From assembly GCA_964457365.1 (NCBI GenBank), contig CAYWFP010000006.1, forward strand, positions 13,329-77,328: a stretch of DNA of 64,000 nucleotides, written 5' to 3'. The notes under the pieces are model-generated. The model had not been told where the DNA came from and searched no databases. It saw nothing but the letters and a program-made list of their open reading frames with translations. This DNA comes from an uncultured Planctomycetaceae bacterium. GTDB lineage: Bacteria; Planctomycetota; SZUA-567. Position 1 is the first letter of the stretch. Every line of letters starts with the position of its first letter. A program made the translations under genes and the position numbers. Of this stretch, positions 47,966 through 57,271 are shown piece by piece.

Positions 47966-49152
47966 GCGTTCACCTCGTCGATGTTTTTCAGGAGCGCGCG
48001 CAGGTTCTCTTCCGTGTCCTGCCATCCGCGGCTCTCGCTCATCCTCTTGACCTTGGCCATCAGGGCCTCGGCCTGTTCGTTCGTGAGTTCCGCACCCAGC
48101 TCCTTCGCGCGCGCGAAAAACGCGGCCCGACCGCTGTGCTTGCCCAGGACCAGGCGCACGCTTCCCGCGCCGACGAGCTCGGGCGCGTACGGCAGGTACG
48201 TGGTCGGATTTTTCAGCAAGCCGTCCTGGTGGATGCCGGCCTCGGTGGCGAAGATGTTGGCGCCGGCGACGGGCTTGGTCGGCGAGAGCGGCACGCCGGC
48301 CTCTTCGCTGACCAGGCGCACGAGCGGGACGAGCTCGTTCAGTTTTATCGGCACGCTCCGGCCGAGGCGTTCGCGCTGCAGATGCGCCGCCAGCGCCACT
48401 TCTTCCAAGGCGGCGTTGCCGGCGCGCTCGCCGAGACCGCCGACGGTGCATTGCACGATCGCCGCGCCCGCGCGCACGCCCGCGAGGCTGTTGGCCACCG
48501 CCATCCCCAGGTCGTTATGGAAATGCACGGCCAGGTACGCCTTGGCCAGTTCCGGAAGTTCCGTCCACAAGGTCTTGAGATTCTCGATCACCTGGTCCGG
48601 CGCGAGAACGCCGACGGTGTCGGTATAGCCGATGGTGGTCGCGCCGGCCTGCAAGGCCGCGCGACAGACCTCGACCAGATACGGCATCTCGGTCCGGCTG
48701 GCATCCTCCGCGCCGAAGGCGACCACGCCGAAGCGCTCCCGGGCGTAGCCGACGCTGGCGCGGACGCGGTCGATCAGTTCGCTCTCGCTCAAGCGTAGCT
48801 TCTGCTCGCGGTGCACGGTGCTCGTGGCGATGAAGAGGCTGACGCCGCAGCGGCGACGGTCGATGCCCTCGAAGGCGGTGCAGGCCGCGTCGATGTCGCG
48901 CTCCACGGCGCGGCAGAGCGCGGTGACCATCGTCTTCGGCAGCGCCTGTGCGACCGCCCGCACGGATTCCACCTCGCCCGGACCGCTGGCGGGAAAGCCC
49001 GCCTCGATGGAGAAGATGCCGGCCTCGGCCAGTGCCACGGCGATGCGCACCTTCTGCTCGGCGGTCAACGCCACGCCCGGCATCTGCTCGCCGTCGCGGA
49101 GCGTCGTGTCGCTGAAGACGATAGGCGGTGCATCGGTCTGCTGCTGTGTCAT
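47962..49152 (-). CDS. LeuA/NifV/CimA-family 2-oxoacid:acetyl-CoA condensing enzyme (DRE-TIM metallolyase, short form without regulatory domain)
   Basis: FSDTTLRDGEQ N-terminal motif and the HFHNDLG metal-binding motif; 396 aa. First gene of the minus-strand operon. Confidence 0.8.
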   Translation of the reverse strand: MTQQQTDAPPIVFSDTTLRDGEQMPGVALTAEQKVRIAVALAEAGIFSIEAGFPASGPGEVESVRAVAQALPKTMVTALCRAVERDIDAACTAFEGIDRRRCGVSLFIATSTVHREQKLRLSESELIDRVRASVGYARERFGVVAFGAEDASRTEMPYLVEVCRAALQAGATTIGYTDTVGVLAPDQVIENLKTLWTELPELAKAYLAVHFHNDLGMAVANSLAGVRAGAAIVQCTVGGLGERAGNAALEEVALAAHLQRERLGRSVPIKLNELVPLVRLVSEEAGVPLSPTKPVAGANIFATEAGIHQDGLLKNPTTYLPYAPELVGAGSVRLVLGKHSGRAAFFARAKELGAELTNEQAEALMAKVKRMSESRGWQDTEENLRALLKNIDEVNA

Positions 49153-49267
49153 CGAAGCCCTTTCCGTGCAGACCATATCCGATTTTCACCACGCCCTCAA
49201 CCGTCTTTTCGGTCAAATCCGATGAAAGGGGACGGCTGCGGCGTTTTCGCTCTCTTGACAGAACTTC

Positions 49268-50995
49268 ATGCTCTTTCTAGACTTCCCACGGATTGCGGGC
49301 TCGATTGGCGGGCAGGTCACTTACTGGGTAATCCCGGAGATTTTTTTCATGCCTCCTCTGGCCCGCTCGGCTTATCTGGAATTGCTGCGCGAGGAGATCG
49401 GCGACCGGCTCTGGCCGTTGATGCTGCTCTCGGCCTTCTCGGGAATCGCCAGCGGCGTGATCGTGACATTGATTACCTCGATCACCGAGACCGATATCCA
49501 CGGTTGGGCCATGCTCCGCTTCCTGCTGCTCTTCGTCATGGTCGCGCTGGCGTCGCTGGAGTTGTCGCGCCAGGCGTTGCTGCGGGTGAACCGGGAGATC
49601 GAGCGCCTCGTCCACCGCATCCGCACGCGCGTGGCCGACCGTATCCGCCACGCGGAACTCCGAGACCTGGAGCGGCTGGACCTGGCGCGCATCTACGTCA
49701 CCACCGCCGAGAGCACCGAGAACCTGACCAAGGCGTCAATGCCGGTCTTCAAGAGCATCGGCGCGCTGGTGCTCATCGCCTACTGCCTGGTGCAGATCGG
49801 CTTGACAAGCACGGTGGCGCTGGCGCTGGTCCTGGGCAGCTTTCTCGGCGCGAGCCTCCTGTACCTGTATATCGAGAAATACGCCTACGAATACATCCGC
49901 GAAGCGTACGTGGCGGAGTACCGGTTCTTCAAACTCATGCGTGAACTCGCTCGCGGCTTCAAGGAACTCCGGCTCAACCGCGCCCGCGACGCGGACATTC
50001 ATGCGGACCTCGAATCGCAGGCCGACCGGGTCGAGGCGCGGAAAATGCGCGCGCACCGTCTCGTCGCCTGGCTCTACAGCTACACCGATCTCTTCTTCTT
50101 CCTCACACTGGGGCTGCTGATCTTTCTGTTGCCGTTGCTGCACGCCTGGACCTCGCGGCAGTTGGCCGACCTGATCGCCATCCTGCTTTTTCTCGGCGGC
50201 GGCGTGGCGCAGGTGGTGCTCAGCGTCCACCAGATCGCCCAGGCCAACGTGGCGGTGCAGCAACTGCGGGAGATGGAGACCGGGCTGCGTCAATGCGTCG
50301 TGCCGGACACCCCTCAGGGAGCGCGCCCGCTACGGGAGCTGACGTTGAAGAAGGCGGTCTTCTCCCATCGCGACGAAGAAGGCGGAGAACTATACACCGT
50401 CGGTCCGGTCTCCTTGACCATCCGCCCGGGAGAAGTGTATTTTCTCGTCGGCGGTAACGGCAGCGGCAAATCCACGTTGCTGAAGATCATCGCCGGCCTG
50501 TACGCGCCGGAGGACGGCGAGATTCTCCTCAACGGCGAGGCGGTCGTCCGCGAAAACCGGCAGGACTATCGTGAACTCGTCAGCGCCGTCTTTACCGACT
50601 TCCATCTCTTCGACCGTCTGCTGGGATGGGAGGAAACGTCGCCGGAACGGGTGAACGCGCTGCTGGAGGAGTTGGGGCTGGCGAGCAAGGTCTCGTTCGA
50701 GAACGGCGGCTTCAGCACGCTGCAGCTCAGTACCGGACAGCGCAAGCGGCTGGCGCTGGCGGTGGCGCTCCTGGAGGACCGGCCGCTCCTGCTGCTCGAC
50801 GAGGTCGCCGCGGACCAGGATCCGTACTGGCGCGAGGAGTTCTATACGCGGATCGTGCCCAAACTGAAAGCACGGGGCAAGGCCGTGGTCGTGATCGGGC
50901 ATCACGATCGGTATTTCGAGACCGGCGACATGTTGTGGCGCATGGATTACGGGGAACTGGTCGAACAGCGCCCCGCGCGCTCCACGGAGGCATGA
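49268..50995 (+). CDS. ABC half-transporter, cyclic-peptide/siderophore exporter (SyrD/YojI) family, TMD-NBD fusion
   Basis: N-terminal 6-TM domain. NBD with Walker A GGNGSGKST, the signature variant LSTGQRKRLA, and Walker B LLLLDE. An alternative start lies at 49349. Confidence 0.85.
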   Translation: MLFLDFPRIAGSIGGQVTYWVIPEIFFMPPLARSAYLELLREEIGDRLWPLMLLSAFSGIASGVIVTLITSITETDIHGWAMLRFLLLFVMVALASLELSRQALLRVNREIERLVHRIRTRVADRIRHAELRDLERLDLARIYVTTAESTENLTKASMPVFKSIGALVLIAYCLVQIGLTSTVALALVLGSFLGASLLYLYIEKYAYEYIREAYVAEYRFFKLMRELARGFKELRLNRARDADIHADLESQADRVEARKMRAHRLVAWLYSYTDLFFFLTLGLLIFLLPLLHAWTSRQLADLIAILLFLGGGVAQVVLSVHQIAQANVAVQQLREMETGLRQCVVPDTPQGARPLRELTLKKAVFSHRDEEGGELYTVGPVSLTIRPGEVYFLVGGNGSGKSTLLKIIAGLYAPEDGEILLNGEAVVRENRQDYRELVSAVFTDFHLFDRLLGWEETSPERVNALLEELGLASKVSFENGGFSTLQLSTGQRKRLALAVALLEDRPLLLLDEVAADQDPYWREEFYTRIVPKLKARGKAVVVIGHHDRYFETGDMLWRMDYGELVEQRPARSTEA

Positions 50996-52119
50996 TGAAC
51001 CGTCCGCGCGTCCTGCTCTATTGCCACAACGCCGTCGGCCTCGGCCACGTGATGCGGACGCTGCGGATCGCGCGCGCGCTGATCGGGCACGACTGCGCGG
51101 TGAAGCTGCTGACCGGGTGCCGCTGGCTCGACGGAGTCGAGACTCCTGCCGGCGTCGAGATCGACCAACTCCCAGCGGTACGCTTTGACGGCGTCCGCTT
51201 CGTCGCCGCCGAAGGCGATGGGGACGTCTTCGCGCGGCGCGGCGAGCGCATCCTGCAGGTGCTGCACGCGTGGCGGCCGCAGGTCGTTCTGGCGGATCAT
51301 CTGGCGCTCGGACTCGGCGGCGAATTGATCCCCGCGCTCCGGGACGAATCGATCCCCGCCACGTTCGTCTGGGGCGTGCGGGACATCTTCTACCATCCCG
51401 ATCGCCCGTCGCTGGCGCCGCGGCCGCCGCGCAACCCGACGATGCGCGCCGCGCTGGCCCGTTACGGCGCGAGCGTGGCCTACACCACCGCCGACTGGAT
51501 CGATCCCTTCGCCGCGATGAGCCATTATCCGCTTTCCACACGCCGGCATCACGTCGGCGTGATCGTCGGCGACGAGCCGGCGGTGAAGCCGGAGACGCCG
51601 CCGCGCATCGTCTGCCTCGCCGGCAGCGGCGGCAGCAGCGAGACGCATACGCGCCTCTGGTTCGAGGCGCTGGCAGGCATGAGCCGCGGCGTTTTTCGCA
51701 CGCGCATGGTCGTCGGCCCGTTCGGCGATCTGGAGAATACCCGCGCACGCGGCGAGGAGCTCGACGTGGAAGTGGTTCCGCAGATGCCGGCCGAAGCGGC
51801 GGTGGCCGACGCGCATGTCGTGCTCTCGCAGGCGGGGTACAACACCGCCTACGCCCTGACGCGCACGCCCTGTCCGCTGGTGTTCCTGCCGGCGGCCAAC
51901 GACGGGGCCGAACAGACGTACCGCGCCGAACGGATGCGCACGCTCGACCGGGTCTGGACGGTGGACCCGGAGAGCCCGGATGCGGTCGCGGACTTGCGTC
52001 AAGCGTTGACCGAGGCGCTGAACGCCGCTGTGGCGCCGCGGACGTTGCCGTTCGTTACCGACGGCGCGACAAATGCGGCAGCGCTGTTGACGGCGTGGGC
52101 GCGGGAGGCGACGGCATGA
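50992..52119 (+). CDS. GT-B fold glycosyltransferase (GT1/GT28-like)
   Basis: Start MMNRPRV overlaps the upstream stop (ATGA). The N-terminal RVLLYCHNAVGLGHVMRTLRIARAL is typical of the MGT/MurG-like GT-B N-domain; 375 aa. Confidence 0.7.
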   Translation: MMNRPRVLLYCHNAVGLGHVMRTLRIARALIGHDCAVKLLTGCRWLDGVETPAGVEIDQLPAVRFDGVRFVAAEGDGDVFARRGERILQVLHAWRPQVVLADHLALGLGGELIPALRDESIPATFVWGVRDIFYHPDRPSLAPRPPRNPTMRAALARYGASVAYTTADWIDPFAAMSHYPLSTRRHHVGVIVGDEPAVKPETPPRIVCLAGSGGSSETHTRLWFEALAGMSRGVFRTRMVVGPFGDLENTRARGEELDVEVVPQMPAEAAVADAHVVLSQAGYNTAYALTRTPCPLVFLPAANDGAEQTYRAERMRTLDRVWTVDPESPDAVADLRQALTEALNAAVAPRTLPFVTDGATNAAALLTAWAREATA

Positions 52120-52895
52120 AACAACTGCTGATCAACGCCGACGATCTGGGATTGAGCGCCGGAGCCTCACGCGGCATCGCGCATGCAATGACCGAGGGCG
52201 TGGTCGTCTCCTGCTCGGCCATGGTTGCCGTCCCCGGCGCGGTCGAGACCATCGCCCGTTACGCATCGTGTCTTCGCGGCCGGATCGGACTGCATCTGCA
52301 ACTGACCGCCGGCACGCCGTGCCTGCCGCCGGAAGAGGTGCCGACACTTGTCAAGGAAAACAGCGTTTTTCCACCGCACTGGCGCGAGTTGGGTCGCCCG
52401 GATCCGGACGAGATCCGCCGCGAGTGGCGCGCGCAACTGACGCGGCTGCGGGCGGCGGGCGTGGAACCGACGCACCTGGACTGTCATCACAACCTGCACC
52501 TCGATCCGCGCATCCTTCCGCTGGCGATCGAGTTGGGGCAGGAGTTGGGCGTGCGTGTGCGCAGCGGCGGGCGGGCGTTGGCGGCTTCTCTGCGCAAGGC
52601 CGGCATCGTCTGCACCGATCACTGCATCGTCGGTTGGGGGAAACGGGCGATCAGCCGCACCGATCTGGTCGAGACGGTCGATGCGGTATTCTCCACACGG
52701 CAAGCGCCGCGAACGGTCGAACTGGTCTGCCATCCAGGCGAGCTCGACGACGACCTGCGCGCACGCGCCGGCCAGGTCGAGACGCGGCCGGCGGAACTGG
52801 CGGTGTTGACCGATCCGGCAACGTCTTCGGCACTCGAGGCCGCGGGCATCGAGCTCTTGACCGCGCCGCCGACGCTCTCGGGGGAGCGATCCTGA
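52116..52895 (+). CDS. YdjC/ChbG/HpnK-family carbohydrate deacetylase
   Basis: MKQLLINADDLGLSAGASRGI start plus the THLDCHHNLH motif. ATGA overlap with the glycosyltransferase gene. Confidence 0.8.
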   Translation: MKQLLINADDLGLSAGASRGIAHAMTEGVVVSCSAMVAVPGAVETIARYASCLRGRIGLHLQLTAGTPCLPPEEVPTLVKENSVFPPHWRELGRPDPDEIRREWRAQLTRLRAAGVEPTHLDCHHNLHLDPRILPLAIELGQELGVRVRSGGRALAASLRKAGIVCTDHCIVGWGKRAISRTDLVETVDAVFSTRQAPRTVELVCHPGELDDDLRARAGQVETRPAELAVLTDPATSSALEAAGIELLTAPPTLSGERS

Positions 52896-54562
52896 TGCAT
52901 ACGCCCGAGCGCCATCCATTTCTCAAGATGCTGTACACCGAGGTCGGCCCCCATACGCTCTGGGTGATGGTCGCCTCGCTGTTCTGCGGCCTCGCCAACA
53001 GCGCGGTGGTGATCTGCATCAACAACGCCGCCAAGTCGCTGGGCCAACCACTGCGGCTGGTGATCCTCTTCGGCTCGTTTCTGCTGGCCATGCTCGTCTT
53101 CGTCATCGGACGCAATTTCGTCCTGCGCCGCAGCACCGCGTACGTGGAGCTGATGATCCGGCGCATGCGCATGCGCATGGCCGAGGAACTGCGTGTGGCC
53201 GATCCGCTGACACTCGAACAGTTGTCCGCGGGCGAGGTTTTCTCCGTGCTGACCAAGTGCACGCAACTGGTCTCGCGCTCGACGATCCCGCTCTTCCTGG
53301 CCATGACCTCGGCGGTGATGCTCGTCGGTTGTCTCGTCTACATGTGCTTTCTCTCGCTCGCGGCGGCGATCGCGACGGTGGCGGTCTTCCTCGTCTGCGC
53401 GCGTTACAACCAACTCACCCAGGTCGAGGTGGACGCGCTGCTGGAGAAGAGCATCCGCAGCGAGAACGCTTTCTTCGGCAAGCTGCAGGATCTCTTGGAC
53501 GGCATCAAGGAAGTCAAGCTCAGTCGCGCGCGGAGCAACGCCCTCTACCGCGAGGTACTGCTGCCGCTGGCCGAGGAGGCCCGGACGCATCAATACGAAG
53601 CGCGCATCCCGGTCATCGAGAACCACGTCTTCGGTCATGCATTCTTCTATATCATCGTCGCGGCGGTGCTCTTTCTGCTGCCGGCGCTGCCCGGGGGAAC
53701 GCCGCGGCTGATGGCGGAGCTGATCGCGTTGCTGCTCTTCATGCGCTCCTCGCTGGAGGAGGTTGTCGGCGCCATTCCGATTCTGGGCGAGGCGGACGTG
53801 GCCATGCGCAATCTCTTCGCGTTGCGGGACCGGCTGGCGAAGCCCGAGCCCGAGCCGAACCCGGTGCAGATCCGTCGCCTGGAGCGCATCGAGCACGTCG
53901 AGTCGGTCGCGGTGCGCGGCCTCTCCTTCCGCTACCCCAGCCCAGACGGCCGGTCGACCTTCGGCATCGGGCCGCTGGACCTGGAGGTGCGCGCCGGCGA
54001 GATCACCCTCGTTCACGGCGCCAACGGGGCGGGCAAGTCCACGCTCCTGAAGGTGCTGACCGGGCTGTACGAACCCGACGACGGCGAGATCTATCTCAAC
54101 GGCCAGCCGGTCAATCCCGGCAACCGCCGCCGGTATCGCGAGTTCTTCAGCGCCGTCTTCAGCGACTTCCACGTCTTCCGCCGGCTCTACGGTCTGGCCG
54201 ACGCCGCCGACGCCCGGGTGCTGGATCTGCTGGAGGATCTGGAACTGGCCGCACGCACCGACGTGGTCGACCGGGCCTTCACCAACGTGGACCTGAGCAC
54301 GGGGCAGCGCAAGCGACTGGCGTTCCTGGTGGCGCTGCTGGAGGAGCGGCCTGTCTGCGTCTTCGACGAGGTGGCGGCGGACCAGGATCCGGAGTTCCGC
54401 GCGCGCTTCTACCGTGAGATCCTGCCGCGGCTCAAGGCGGAAGGGAAAGCGATCCTGCTGGTCAGCCACGACAAGGACTTCTTCGACGTCGCCGACCGCA
54501 TGTACGCGATGGACTACGGCACGCTGCAATGCGAGCGTGATCGGGAGCGAAGGGGTTTTTGA
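52895..54562 (+). CDS. ABC half-transporter, SyrD/YojI-type (second copy), TMD-NBD fusion
   Basis: Start MHTPERHPF overlaps the upstream stop (TGATG). Walker A GANGAGKST, LSTGQRKRLA, Walker B VCVFDE. Paralog of 49268..50995. Confidence 0.85.
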   Translation: MHTPERHPFLKMLYTEVGPHTLWVMVASLFCGLANSAVVICINNAAKSLGQPLRLVILFGSFLLAMLVFVIGRNFVLRRSTAYVELMIRRMRMRMAEELRVADPLTLEQLSAGEVFSVLTKCTQLVSRSTIPLFLAMTSAVMLVGCLVYMCFLSLAAAIATVAVFLVCARYNQLTQVEVDALLEKSIRSENAFFGKLQDLLDGIKEVKLSRARSNALYREVLLPLAEEARTHQYEARIPVIENHVFGHAFFYIIVAAVLFLLPALPGGTPRLMAELIALLLFMRSSLEEVVGAIPILGEADVAMRNLFALRDRLAKPEPEPNPVQIRRLERIEHVESVAVRGLSFRYPSPDGRSTFGIGPLDLEVRAGEITLVHGANGAGKSTLLKVLTGLYEPDDGEIYLNGQPVNPGNRRRYREFFSAVFSDFHVFRRLYGLADAADARVLDLLEDLELAARTDVVDRAFTNVDLSTGQRKRLAFLVALLEERPVCVFDEVAADQDPEFRARFYREILPRLKAEGKAILLVSHDKDFFDVADRMYAMDYGTLQCERDRERRGF

Positions 54563-54629
54563 CCTTGACAGGAACCGACCGGCCCCGTTTCATACGTGAG
54601 GTCCGTCGGCCATTTCGGGAAGACGAGGA

Positions 54630-56018
54630 ATGAGCGAAAACGAGAAGACCTCCGATGCGCCAGACGGGGCGAAAAAGCCCCCGGAGAAGAAGAAGCCGTC
54701 CATAAGCATGAGACGGGTGACGCATTACTACTTTCTGATCGCGCTCTTTCTGGTCCTGCTTGTCTTGACGTATCTCGCCCCGCGCATCTTCATCACCGTC
54801 CCGCCCGGGCATCTGGGCGTCCACTTCCAGCGGTTCCGCGGCGGCACCCAGACCGCGCCGGACGAGTTGTTGCAGGAAGGGATCCATTACATCATCCCGG
54901 TGAACATGGTCTACCTGTACGATTGCCGCGTGCAGGAGGAATTCGCCGAGGTAAACGTGCTCTGCAAGGACGGGCTCAACGTCCGGGTGCGCGTCAGTTT
55001 CTGGTTTCGGCCGATGCGCCAAGACGTGGGGCGTCTGCACAAGCACGTCGGCCCGAAATATATCGAGAAGCTCGTACGTCCCGCGATTTACGCCACCGTA
55101 CGCCGCATTCTGAGCCAGTACTCGCCCGTGCAGTTGTACTCGGTGCCCGAGAGCCAGGAGATGACGATCGAGATTCAAGCCGCCGGCCAGTCCGAACTCG
55201 GACCGCGGCATGTCGAGCTGGTCAGCGTGCTGATCCACAGCGTCCACCTGCCGCCGATTCTCAACACCGCTATCGAGCGCAAGCTGCGCCAGGAACAGGA
55301 GATCCTGGAATACGCCTTCCGCGTGGAGAAGGAGAAGGAGGAGAAGGAGCGCAAACTCATCGAGGCCCAGGGCATCGCGCAGTTCCACGAAACCGTCCAG
55401 CGCGGCCTGACCAAGGACGTACTCCGTCTGCGCGGCATTCTGGCTACGCTCAATCTCTCCCGCAGCGAGAATGCCAAGATCGTCATCTTCGGCAAACCCG
55501 ACGGCTTCGGACTGCCGCTGATCATGGGGGACCTGGATGGCGGCGGAGAACACGGCAAGCCCGCGGACGTCCCGGCGACACGCCTAGACGCGCTTGATCC
55601 CTCCCTGGATCTCAGTCTGCGCACCGACCCCGATCCGGCCGCCGGTACGCACGGCGTCGACATGAGCCTTCGCCCGGCGCCGCTGGATCCGAAGCTCGAG
55701 TTCGGCCATGAGAAGGAGATGAAGGCGAATAAGCGGGAAGCCCCGGGTGGCGGTTTCGAAAAACAACCGAGCCTCTACGAAGAGGAATCGCCCAACGCGC
55801 CGTCGCTCGCGCCCAAATCGCCGACCGACGATAGAAAGCCGACCGCGAATCAGTCGACCTCGGAGAGCGCGCGACCCCCGGCCGAGACGCCCGCACGTCG
55901 CTACCCCGCCGCGGGGATCAGCCCGCAGGAGCACTACCGTCGCAAAGCCCGGTCCGAGAAGGCGGATACGGATATCGCCCCGCCGCCGAAGACCGCCGGA
56001 CATAAGGAGGCCCAATGA
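54630..56018 (+). CDS. SPFH/band-7 (prohibitin/HflKC-like) membrane protein with long disordered C-terminal tail
   Basis: N-terminal TM, then the SPFH core (HYIIPVNMVYLYDCRVQEEFAEVNVLCKDGLNVRV...) and a coiled-coil. The C-terminal about 150 aa are Pro/Asp/Lys-rich. Confidence 0.75.
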   Translation: MSENEKTSDAPDGAKKPPEKKKPSISMRRVTHYYFLIALFLVLLVLTYLAPRIFITVPPGHLGVHFQRFRGGTQTAPDELLQEGIHYIIPVNMVYLYDCRVQEEFAEVNVLCKDGLNVRVRVSFWFRPMRQDVGRLHKHVGPKYIEKLVRPAIYATVRRILSQYSPVQLYSVPESQEMTIEIQAAGQSELGPRHVELVSVLIHSVHLPPILNTAIERKLRQEQEILEYAFRVEKEKEEKERKLIEAQGIAQFHETVQRGLTKDVLRLRGILATLNLSRSENAKIVIFGKPDGFGLPLIMGDLDGGGEHGKPADVPATRLDALDPSLDLSLRTDPDPAAGTHGVDMSLRPAPLDPKLEFGHEKEMKANKREAPGGGFEKQPSLYEEESPNAPSLAPKSPTDDRKPTANQSTSESARPPAETPARRYPAAGISPQEHYRRKARSEKADTDIAPPPKTAGHKEAQ

Positions 56019-56224
56019 TTCCTGTCGTCGCTATCGTCGGGTACCTGGTGCTCTGCCTCTTGACCGGATTGATCGCCGAGCACAAGATGATCCTGAACTG
56101 GCGCCCGCAGATCGGACAATACCGGTTCCGAATCGGTTTCTGGCTGGCGACGTTCTGCGCGGTGTTCTTCACGCCGATCGTCGTCTTCGTGGTGCTTCTG
56201 GTGATTCCGACGCGAACGCGATGA
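56015..56224 (+). CDS. Small two-TM membrane protein coupled to the SPFH gene
   Basis: AAGGAGG RBS; the ATG overlaps the SPFH stop (ATGA). 69 aa, hydrophobic. Confidence 0.55.
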   Translation: MIPVVAIVGYLVLCLLTGLIAEHKMILNWRPQIGQYRFRIGFWLATFCAVFFTPIVVFVVLLVIPTRTR

Positions 56225-56246
56225 ATTTCACGTGGACATTCGGTTG

Positions 56247-56274
56247 TTGACAGCGCAAGGCGTCTACCTACAAT
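56247..56274 (+). promoter_or_regulatory. Sigma70-like promoter TTGACA-16-TACAAT
   Basis: Consensus -35 and near-consensus -10 sit 58 nt upstream of the ATG at 56332. Confidence 0.4.
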
Positions 56275-56331
56275 AATTCCGGGCTGAATCTTTGTTTTCC
56301 GAACGAACGACCTGAAGAAAAGGGGAAGGCG

Positions 56332-56970
56332 ATGGCCAAGAAAAAGAAGACGAGCGAAGAGACGACCTGTGCGGAAGCGGATTCGGCATGCTCACCCGAG
56401 CCGACCGCGGAAGACCAGGCCCTGCTCATCGTGCATAACCACATGCTCGGCGCCATGGCTGCCGCGGCCGTGCCCGTGCCGCTCTTCGACCTGGCGGCCG
56501 TGACGGCAATTCAGTTCAGAATGCTCGCCTGCCTGGCCGAGCATTACGACGTACCCTTCGAAAGCCAAATCACCAAGAGCACCATCGGCGCGGTGATCGG
56601 AGGCGTCGCCGTACCGGAACTCGGTCGCGTCGCGGGCCAGTACGCCGTGCGGAACGTTCCCGCGTCGTTCGTGCGTTCGCTGCCAGCGAGCATCAGCAAG
56701 TTCGTCCCCGGCCTGGGTCTCGTCGCTGGCGTGCTGGCCATGCCGGTGGTCACCGGCGCGAGCACCTATGCGCTGGGCAGAGTTTTCATCCGGCACTTCG
56801 CCTCGGGCGGCACCTTCCTGGACTTCAACCCGCAGTCGACACGCGACTATTTCTCCCGGATGTATAACCAGGGCCACACCTACGCCAAGGGGAAAGGCAA
56901 GCAGTTCATGAACGCGGTGCGCGGGAAGAAGGAACCGGCCGAGGAGGAAGCAGCCGCGTCCCCGGCATAA
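56332..56970 (+). CDS. Hypothetical protein (DUF697/YcjF-like?)
   Basis: 212 aa with an acidic N-terminus, a hydrophobic core and a Lys-rich C-terminus. The family assignment is uncertain. Confidence 0.55.
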   Translation: MAKKKKTSEETTCAEADSACSPEPTAEDQALLIVHNHMLGAMAAAAVPVPLFDLAAVTAIQFRMLACLAEHYDVPFESQITKSTIGAVIGGVAVPELGRVAGQYAVRNVPASFVRSLPASISKFVPGLGLVAGVLAMPVVTGASTYALGRVFIRHFASGGTFLDFNPQSTRDYFSRMYNQGHTYAKGKGKQFMNAVRGKKEPAEEEAAASPA

Positions 56971-57001
56971 CGGTCTTTCCGCGGAGTCGACAACAATTCC
57001 A

Positions 57002-57034
57002 GCGCGCACGGCCAAGGCCGTGCGCGTGTTTTTT
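57002..57034 (+). terminator. Rho-independent terminator
   Basis: GC hairpin gcgcacggcc-aa-ggccgtgcgc followed by gtgtttttt, located 32 nt after the stop at 56970. Confidence 0.6.
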
Positions 57035-57157
57035 GATCTACGGACTTGTTCAAAAATAAAATCTTGAGAGTACCGTATTCACGCTATGAAGCCAAGCGTA
57101 ATCCTTCGGCTCTTGTAATATCGATTTTTGGGCGGATGAATTTTGGGGGGGCAGTTC

Positions 57158-57270
57158 CGGGGACTCCGGTTCCGGGGACAGTTTACTTAATTCGGAGGAA
57201 TCTACTAGAAAAGGACTCCGGTTCCGGGGACAGTTTACTTAATTCGGAGGAATCTACTAGAAAAGGGTGG
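57158..57270. repeat. Tandem direct repeat, about 52-bp unit x2 (ctccggttccggggacagtttacttaattcggaggaatctactagaaaagg) plus partial third copy
   Basis: Two perfect adjacent copies in an AT-rich non-coding region. Confidence 0.85.
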
Positions 57271-57271
57271 C

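Noticed and set aside
54566-54600. TTGACA -35-like hexamer upstream of the SPFH gene
   Set aside because: There is no acceptable -10 hexamer at 16-18 nt spacing (ttcata/catacg is poor), so no promoter is called.
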